From a virus (Duplodnaviria > Caudoviricetes): a DNA stretch of 42,041 nucleotides. The number at the start of each line of letters is the position of its first letter. Within the stretch, counting starts at the first letter, position 1. Location of the stretch: positions 1 to 42,041 of the IMG/VR virus record IMGVR_UViG_3300027790_000536; one strand, 5' to 3'. This document shows positions 36,114 through 42,041 of this stretch, piece after piece. The notes under the pieces are model-generated. The model was not told where the DNA came from. It did no database searches and worked only from the letters and a program-made list of their open reading frames with translations. A program made the translations under genes and the position numbers.

Positions 36114-36201
36114 CCCCCGCGCCCTGACCACATCTCGGCTGCGGGGTTGAATACGCAGTAGAAGATCGATGATTTCCTCTCGGGCGCACTTTCCGGCCAG
36201 T

Positions 36202-36223
36202 CCCTCTAGAAGTTTCTAGAAGG
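36202..36223. terminator. hairpin CCCTCTAGA-AGTT-TCTAGAAGG between convergent genes
   Basis: near-perfect inverted repeat between the tail operon end and the acyltransferase end; no clear U-tract. Confidence 0.35.
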
Positions 36224-36245
36224 CGGAGCATGCTAGGTGGAACGC

Positions 36246-37436
36246 TCACCGGTCGTCACGGGGAAGAGATGAGCATTCAAAGGGTAGGCGGCTCCATGGC
36301 GAGATACTGTGCCTGAGCTGTCTTAACCAGCGCAGAAGAGGCTGATCAACGGCGGTTACCATCAACCAGGAAAGCGCAAAAAGTGCGGCTAGAAAAACTA
36401 CAACAGCAAGGATCATCTGAACTGGGGAGCCACGTAGGTAAAAATAGGGTTCTGTAAAAGTTGCCTGCATGAGCGGCCAATGCAGAAGGTAGAGCGGAAA
36501 CGATACTCGCCCCAGGAACTTAATTGGCGGGATCTCGAGTGCGGAGTGCATAGGACGGAGGTGCAAGACGGCAGTAACGACCAATATCGCGCCAACGGTA
36601 CGGCTAACGATCGCTGGGTCCGCGAGACTGTAGTACGAATGGAGCCCAATAAGAGCGGGGCCGTAGATCGGGTGCCCCCGCCACTCAAATGGGAACCCAC
36701 CCAGCAAGAGACCGGAAGCAAGGCACCACCACAACAGCGAATTCGGCGCCCGTAAAGTCCGAGACTCATACAGAAGCATGCCGGCGGTAAAACCAACCAG
36801 ATAAATCCAACCGCCGCCCAGGATCAGAAATGCCATCGTCAGTGCGATCAGAAAGCCTACCCTTAGACGGGCAGAAATCATGAATCCGAACACAACGTAG
36901 ACGATGATGGAGCCGATCAATTCGATGCGCATCGTCCAGAGAACGCCGTTGAGCGAGGAGCCTCCGGTAAGGAAGTAGCTGCCCAACATCTCTGAGGCGG
37001 CATCCCCCGATGAGATTGGCCTCATGAATTGCTCAGCCCATGGGTGGCCGGTCGCCTCAGGTATGCCCTGAAGGTCAAGGAAACCTGCAACGTACAGAGC
37101 ATATGCGAAAACCACGCTGAGAGAAGCTGGAACGCCCAAGCGTAACAATCTGGTTAGGGTCAGAGCGATTACGGACTGTCGACTGTTGATCGCAGAGGCG
37201 CTGAGGACGTAGCCGCTCAGGACGAAAAAAATAATCACCGCAAGTTGACCGCTTACCAAAAACGAAAGTGGCGTAGTGGCGAGAACCGTGTGCCAACCAG
37301 GTGCATTTGCGGCGCTGGCGAAAATGAGGCTAGGGAAATATGTGGCCATCAAGTGCATCAACACAACGACGAGGGCGGCCAAACCGCGCAGCCCATCTAA
37401 GTAAGCGAGCCGATGCGCTTCGCTTCGAACACTCAT
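36246..37436 (-). CDS. acyltransferase family 3 (OafA/Oac-like), polytopic membrane protein
   Basis: RL.YLDGLRGLAALVVV..H, G..AV.IFFVLSGYVL, NG.LWT..IE, FLGR.SF.LYL.H. Confidence 0.92.
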   Translation of the reverse strand: MSVRSEAHRLAYLDGLRGLAALVVVLMHLMATYFPSLIFASAANAPGWHTVLATTPLSFLVSGQLAVIIFFVLSGYVLSASAINSRQSVIALTLTRLLRLGVPASLSVVFAYALYVAGFLDLQGIPEATGHPWAEQFMRPISSGDAASEMLGSYFLTGGSSLNGVLWTMRIELIGSIIVYVVFGFMISARLRVGFLIALTMAFLILGGGWIYLVGFTAGMLLYESRTLRAPNSLLWWCLASGLLLGGFPFEWRGHPIYGPALIGLHSYYSLADPAIVSRTVGAILVVTAVLHLRPMHSALEIPPIKFLGRVSFPLYLLHWPLMQATFTEPYFYLRGSPVQMILAVVVFLAALFALSWLMVTAVDQPLLRWLRQLRHSISPWSRLPFECSSLPRDDR

Positions 37437-37553
37437 GCCGCCCCTTCTCCACCCTGCGCAGATCCAGACGAATTGCTTTCTTTAGGCAGTCTGGCAACCG
37501 CAACACCCTAACCACTAATGGGGCCGGTTGAGCCGGTCCAGTGTCTACCCGTC

Positions 37554-37679
37554 CGTTATCCGGGCGGCCGGAGCGCAGGAACGCTCCAAGCGACGGGCCT
37601 CAGTTGGCGCTTCGACCCGTCAGACGCACCAAAGGATAACGTCTCACCCGGCTCGCTTTCGCAAGCACTGGCAGGGTGA
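37554..37679 (+). ncRNA. candidate structured leader upstream of the methylase
   Basis: CGTTATCC/GGATAACG stem enclosing GGAGCG/CGCTCC and GACGGG/CCCGTC hairpins, then TCACCC/GGGTGA. Confidence 0.5.
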
Positions 37680-37704
37680 CCGATTCCCCGAAAGCGCGAC
37701 ACAG

Positions 37705-38499
37705 ATGAACGAGTTATCCCCAATCGATCCGGTCTCTCCGCCGGCTGCCTATATCGGCGGCAAGAAACTGCTGGCGAAACGGATCGTTACCCTGATCAAC
37801 GACACACCTCACAATGGCTATGCAGAGCCGTTCCTCGGCATGGGCGGCGTCTTCTTCCGGCGCGATCGCAAGCCGAAAACGGAGGTGGTCAACGATATCT
37901 CCGGCGATGTGACGACACTATTCCGGATCCTGCAGCGCCATTATCCGCAGTTCATGGATACGCTGAAGTTTCAGATCACGTCGCGGAGGGAGTTCGAGCG
38001 CCTGGCTGCCTGTCGGCCGGAAACGCTGACCGACCTCGAGCGCGCGGCGCGCTTCATCTATCTTCAGAAAACCGCGTTCGGCGGCAAGGTCGCCGGTAGG
38101 AATTTCGGGGTGAACAAGGATGGTGGCGCCCGGTTCAATCTGACGCGCCTGGCGCCGCTCCTCGAGGAGGTTCACGAGCGGCTATCCGGCGTTGTCATCG
38201 AGCGTTTGCCCTGGGCGGAGTTCATTGCGCGTTATGACCGGCCGGGCATGCTGTTCTATCTCGACCCGCCTTATTTCGGGGGCGAGAGCGATTATGGCGA
38301 GGGGGTGTTTTCGCGGGAGGATTTCGGCCGCATGGCGGAGATCCTCGCCGGCATCCGCGGCCGATTCCTGCTCTCGATCAACGACCGGCCGGAGATCCGC
38401 GAGGCGTTCAAAGCCTTCCGGCTTGAGGAGGTGTCGCTGACGTACTCAATTAGCGGTGGGAAAGGCACGCATGCGAGGGAGTTGGTGGTTAGTCCGTAG
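37705..38499 (+). CDS. D12-class (Dam-like) N6-adenine DNA methyltransferase at the mom locus
   Basis: YIGGK..LA, YAEPFLGMGGVF, VVND, FYLDPPY. Confidence 0.93.
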   Translation: MNELSPIDPVSPPAAYIGGKKLLAKRIVTLINDTPHNGYAEPFLGMGGVFFRRDRKPKTEVVNDISGDVTTLFRILQRHYPQFMDTLKFQITSRREFERLAACRPETLTDLERAARFIYLQKTAFGGKVAGRNFGVNKDGGARFNLTRLAPLLEEVHERLSGVVIERLPWAEFIARYDRPGMLFYLDPPYFGGESDYGEGVFSREDFGRMAEILAGIRGRFLLSINDRPEIREAFKAFRLEEVSLTYSISGGKGTHARELVVSP

Positions 38500-38552
38500 C
38501 TAGATATAGAATACTTAGAACGCCGGAATTGCAGAGCGCTGGGGGATTTAAC

Positions 38553-39632
38553 ATGAGCGATACTGAGCTCCGCGAGGAACAGACCAATTATGAAGTTGGT
38601 TGTCCAAGGCAGGGGGTCGAAACTCGTTTGATGTCTCTCGAGGAAGTCGGCGAGTGGATAGATCGCGAAGCAACGTTTTGGGGCGAAGTTCTAGCGCCGA
38701 CCGAATTTCGCATAGACAACCATCGGGCGTCGATAAAGTCGATCGCTCATGTCTATGCCAACTTCTGGGCCGATCTTCGCAAAGACCTCTCAAAACCTGA
38801 TTTCGCGAAAAGGCTAGGTAGCGCGCTATCGGCTGCTAACTCGCTCGACCTGATCCTGAGCGAAGGGCACACCGCGAAGGAAATATCTTACAATCAGGAA
38901 CTGTCTCAGGCAGCGCTGGAAGGCGTACTCCTGTTCTCGCGATATCTCTGGCACGAACTCAATCTACAACCGCCACTGCTTCATTACCTGGCGGGCCAGC
39001 TTATTGTCTGGAAGATGCATCCGGCCATGCACGCTTCCGCCAATCTCTTGGGCCTTGAGACTGCGCTGAGGGAATTGAGCAATCGTGAAACCGCCTCGCG
39101 GGAGTACATGGCCGAATTGAAGGCCGAGTTGGATACGCGAAGAAGCGAGATAGCTCTCCTTGAAAAGACATATAGCGAAAAGCTCAAACTCGAGGCTCCC
39201 GCAAACTACTGGTCACAGATTGCCTCTCGTTCATCATGGGCCGCTGCGGGATGGCTCTTCCTCTTTGTCGGAACCGTCGTCGGCGTGGCTTACTACCTCG
39301 TCCAGTGGTGGGCCGATCTTTCAGGTACCCTATCGTCATTCCTTAAGGATGCAGGTGTTGGCGGTGTCGCGTTTATTTCGATCATCGCCCTGGGACTTGG
39401 CTGGATACTGAAACACTTCAGTCGCGGGTTCGTGCAGAATATGCAGGCCGCAGCTGACGCCCGGCACCGCAAAGTTATGGTGATGACCTATCTGGGGCTG
39501 GCTAAAGACGAAGGCACTCAAATCACGGATGCCGAAAGGGCGTTGATCCTGAACGCCCTATTCCGCCCCGCTCCGCCACATACGGCCGACGACGGACCGC
39601 CGGCAGGGATATTGGAGCTCATCCGTAAATAG
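38553..39632 (+). CDS. DUF6161-like two-TM coiled-coil protein
   Basis: LKLEAPANYW, two TM helices, DA..R..M..TYL.L, ER.LIL.ALFRP...DDGP. Confidence 0.7.
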   Translation: MSDTELREEQTNYEVGCPRQGVETRLMSLEEVGEWIDREATFWGEVLAPTEFRIDNHRASIKSIAHVYANFWADLRKDLSKPDFAKRLGSALSAANSLDLILSEGHTAKEISYNQELSQAALEGVLLFSRYLWHELNLQPPLLHYLAGQLIVWKMHPAMHASANLLGLETALRELSNRETASREYMAELKAELDTRRSEIALLEKTYSEKLKLEAPANYWSQIASRSSWAAAGWLFLFVGTVVGVAYYLVQWWADLSGTLSSFLKDAGVGGVAFISIIALGLGWILKHFSRGFVQNMQAAADARHRKVMVMTYLGLAKDEGTQITDAERALILNALFRPAPPHTADDGPPAGILELIRK

Positions 39633-39784
39633 TGAAACGGACCTGGCATGAATTCCGCTGGCCCGGCACGTCTTGTCGCCCACCAGTCATCTTGCCTTAT
39701 GTGACACCACCGCCCAACTTGTAGGGATACGAGCCCTCGGGATCGCACATCACGGTTCCCGGCCCACCAAAGGAGGGCACGGGA

Positions 39785-39925
39785 ATGGATACGATCTACA
39801 TGCTGGAATGCGCGCTGGCGGCAGCGCGGCGCGAGGGCGACGAATTCCTCGTCTACCTGATTGGCCTGGCGCTGACCGAAGCTTGGAGCCAGTTCAGGCC
39901 GCCCGATCGAAGCGCCCGTCACTGA
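39785..39925 (+). CDS. 46-aa protein MDTIYMLECALAAARREGDEFLVYLIGLALTEAW...
   Basis: AAGGAGG RBS; helical FLVYLI.LA..EA motif; not in ORF track. Confidence 0.6.
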   Translation: MDTIYMLECALAAARREGDEFLVYLIGLALTEAWSQFRPPDRSARH

Positions 39926-40047
39926 AGCATCGGATAGAGCGTCCATAGCGCCCAAAGCCCGAACCCGAGCACTGCCCAACCCGCGACCTTCAGCCATGCC
40001 TGGAGCGCGGGGCGGGGGAACTCGTCGTCTTCGTGGTCGGAAGCCAT
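39919..40047 (-). CDS. 42-aa single-TM protein MASDHEDDEFPRPALQAWLKVAGWAVLGFGLWALWTLYPMLQ
   Basis: translated by hand; acidic N-terminus plus Trp-rich TM helix; no clear RBS. Confidence 0.5.
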   Translation of the reverse strand: MASDHEDDEFPRPALQAWLKVAGWAVLGFGLWALWTLYPMLQ

Positions 40048-40171
40048 GTCGCGATCATAACGCGGCGCGCGCACAATCGCGAGCGCGCTCTTGCCATTGA
40101 CCGGCCGAGGCCGGCATGCGATTTGATCGGTCGGATGGAGAGGTCAACACGAAACGACGTGAGGATCTCCG

Positions 40172-40462
40172 ATGAAAGTACCCAAAAGCACCCTGCGAGC
40201 CGCCATCTGTGTGCCGCTCAAATCCGCCTCGAAGGACGTTCGAAAGGCGTTCGGGGACAAGAACTGGCAGACCCGCGAGGAAGCCGAGCGCGTGATCGCC
40301 GAGCTCGTCATCAAGGGGCTTTCCGGTTTCGAGATCTCAATGAAGCCCGCCAAGACGCCGACTGCGCGGTCGGTCCAATTGGCCGAGCAGCAGCTTCGCG
40401 AGGTCTTTCCGGATCACGATCCGGATGAGGCGATGGCGGTGGTGAGGAAGACCGTGCAGTGA
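40172..40462 (+). CDS. hypothetical protein
   Basis: GAGGA RBS; GC-typical codon usage. Confidence 0.6.
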   Translation: MKVPKSTLRAAICVPLKSASKDVRKAFGDKNWQTREEAERVIAELVIKGLSGFEISMKPAKTPTARSVQLAEQQLREVFPDHDPDEAMAVVRKTVQ

Positions 40463-40486
40463 GCGGAAAGGTTGCTTGGAATGGCG

Positions 40487-41362
40487 TCACTCCTCCCATG
40501 GGAGCACGCGCTGTTTTACAAAGTCACCCCGACTCTCAACGAGCTCGATTGCTAGATCGATAATTGGCTGGAGCACCGACTGCACAAATTCGGTGAGGTT
40601 TTGTTGGCGCACGAATGTCAGAGCGAACGTGCCGTCTAGGCTCTCAGACTTGAGCTCCCTCTTAAATGTGACGTGATCGACTTTAAGGGGTTGAGGATCG
40701 TCCGCTGCGGAATCGATCAAGAAGAGGTCGCCAGAAGTTACGATGAGTGGAAAGAACAGCCACAAATAGCGCCATTCATCTTCCTGCCTCGCGATTGGTA
40801 TCTCCCTATGGCGGGACTTCAAAGCCTTAGCCATAGGGTAAAAAATGGAGTCATATATCCCGCCATGATTGGCCGACCATTGTTTCCCCTTCCTGTCGAT
40901 CCGGCAAAATTGCACGGCCTTCCATGCCTGTTCATACTCACGATGCACTCGTTGGAACCCCAAGTGATAATAGGGGCTGATTTGCCTCGTCATAATTGAA
41001 TTGGGGCCGACATGCTTCTGCTTCTGGTAGCTTGGATATGGGAACAAAAACTCCATTGGTGCCGTTTCCTTGTCCTCATGATTTTTTGGACGCGCGATGA
41101 AAACGAATGGATTCGTAGAGTTTTTGCACTCGACAAGCAGTTCTGCACGCGCAGCAAGCTTGGCTTCGCGATTTACAGCGAGTGGTTGAACCGCTTGCAC
41201 GTCGATCTCGCGAGATTTTAGTTCGTCTGGATCCTCAAACGGCACATTTGTCCGCACCGTGAAGCCTAGCTGTTCGAACTCGCTAGCCACCTCCTGCTCC
41301 ATGAGGTAGCCGGAGGCACGAACGGCATCCATGATTTCATCCGCGGAAGGTCTGTCTGCCAA
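40487..41362 (-). CDS. PD-(D/E)XK nuclease-fold protein
   Basis: SGYLMEQEVA, DPD..KSREIDV.A, LLVECK; TTG start with GAAGGAG RBS; low GC. Confidence 0.75.
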   Translation of the reverse strand: MADRPSADEIMDAVRASGYLMEQEVASEFEQLGFTVRTNVPFEDPDELKSREIDVQAVQPLAVNREAKLAARAELLVECKNSTNPFVFIARPKNHEDKETAPMEFLFPYPSYQKQKHVGPNSIMTRQISPYYHLGFQRVHREYEQAWKAVQFCRIDRKGKQWSANHGGIYDSIFYPMAKALKSRHREIPIARQEDEWRYLWLFFPLIVTSGDLFLIDSAADDPQPLKVDHVTFKRELKSESLDGTFALTFVRQQNLTEFVQSVLQPIIDLAIELVESRGDFVKQRVLPWEE

Positions 41363-41513
41363 TCCATCTCCTTCATCGAACGAATTACAGCGGCAATAGC
41401 CTTAACAGCTATTTCGCCGGAGTCCCGAGGGGAAAAAATACTGTCAGCACAAGTCTCGACGCTTTGGGAGCTGAAAGCAATGATGCGAAATTGCGAAAAG
41501 AGGAGAACCGATC

Positions 41514-42041
41514 ATGCCAGCGACATCAGTTTTTAAGAGGCCTGTCAGGAAGGCCATGATCGACGGTGAAGAGTGGTACTCGCTGGCCGATGTCTGCACC
41601 CGCGTGAAGGCAGAGCGGAGCTATTGGTTGGGGCAGCTCGGCGACCACGCGCGCCAGATTCTGGTGGGAAGCGGGTCCGTAGAGCAGGCACCTTGGTTTA
41701 TCAGTAGCGAGGCGGTTTTTCGGATCGCCTTTGCAGCTCGCGGAAACGCCAATTTGGCCGACTTCAAGGCTAGATGTATTGATCGGCTGGCGGCAATCGA
41801 GGCAATAAAGCGCGATGCTGTCCGCACGGTGTTGGCGCTCGATGGAAAGTCGAGGAAGAGCGACAAGGCAGTTAGCGCTGATGAGGTGCGAGAGTGGAAA
41901 CGGATGCGCGACGACGAGGGCTTAGCGTTCAATCAGATCCAAAAACGCACCGGCCGATCACGCGCGCTTGTGCGCATGTATCTGAACCCGGAAACCGCGC
42001 CGGCTTGGGTGAAGAGAGAGGTTTTCGGCAAAAACGGCTGA
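41514..42041 (+). CDS. BRO-N-like domain plus C-terminal HTH protein (antirepressor-like)
   Basis: IDGEEWYSLADVC, FISSEAVFRIAF; C-terminal GLAFNQIQKRTGRSRALVR; AGGAG RBS. Confidence 0.7.
   Translation: MPATSVFKRPVRKAMIDGEEWYSLADVCTRVKAERSYWLGQLGDHARQILVGSGSVEQAPWFISSEAVFRIAFAARGNANLADFKARCIDRLAAIEAIKRDAVRTVLALDGKSRKSDKAVSADEVREWKRMRDDEGLAFNQIQKRTGRSRALVRMYLNPETAPAWVKREVFGKNG

Larger units (their letters stand above)
1..42041 (+). mobile_element. Mu-like transposable (pro)phage with siphovirus-type tail; left end and c repressor outside window, right boundary undetermined
   Basis: ner, DDE transposase A, AAA ATPase B, gemA, Mor-like, gp25-gp30, protease I, gpT and gp36 in Mu-like order; tail tube, tape measure and lambda-like tip with no sheath gene. 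Confidence 0.95.

Noticed and set aside
37576-37581. CAGGAA hairpin loop as a CsrA/RsmA site
   Set aside because: Single site, and the inferred host group generally lacks CsrA.
37528-37704. In-frame TTG extension of the methylase
   Set aside because: Not methylase-like; better explained as a structured leader before ATG 37705.
38500-42041. Mu right end (attR)
   Set aside because: No convincing repeated transposase-binding sites or terminal CA could be assigned by eye.

Overview
The window is almost entirely a Mu-like (transposable) prophage or phage genome with a non-contractile, siphovirus-type tail. It is GC-rich and its protein families suggest an alphaproteobacterial, probably Rhizobiales-like, host (inference). 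It starts exactly at the ner ATG, so the c repressor and left end lie outside; no right end could be identified. Gene order: early region (ner, DnaA-C-like HTH, ParB-like, XRE, transposase A, ATPase B, DnaA domain IV protein, DUF3164, gemA, ASCH-like, Mor/C-like activator); lysis; gp25-27, terL, portal, F, protease I/scaffold Z, extended decoration protein, gpT capsid; neck and tail with a -1 frameshifted chaperone; tape measure, tail tip and fibres; then right-end cargo (OafA-like acyltransferase, D12 adenine methylase at the mom position, DUF6161-like membrane protein, micro-ORFs, PD-(D/E)XK protein, BRO-N protein). Most interesting observations: (1) a perfect 23-bp AT-rich palindrome inside the parB-like gene, a candidate self-encoded parS; (2) a G8 slippery tract that can append a QIDL-containing tail to ParB; (3) beta-clamp-like QxxLF motifs, including at the C-terminus of the late activator; (4) two late promoters sharing an identical 17-bp dyad with DnaA-box-like arms and an identically spaced -10, one apparently leaderless; (5) three structured intergenic RNA candidates. 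Family assignments come from motif recognition and gene order, not database searches.
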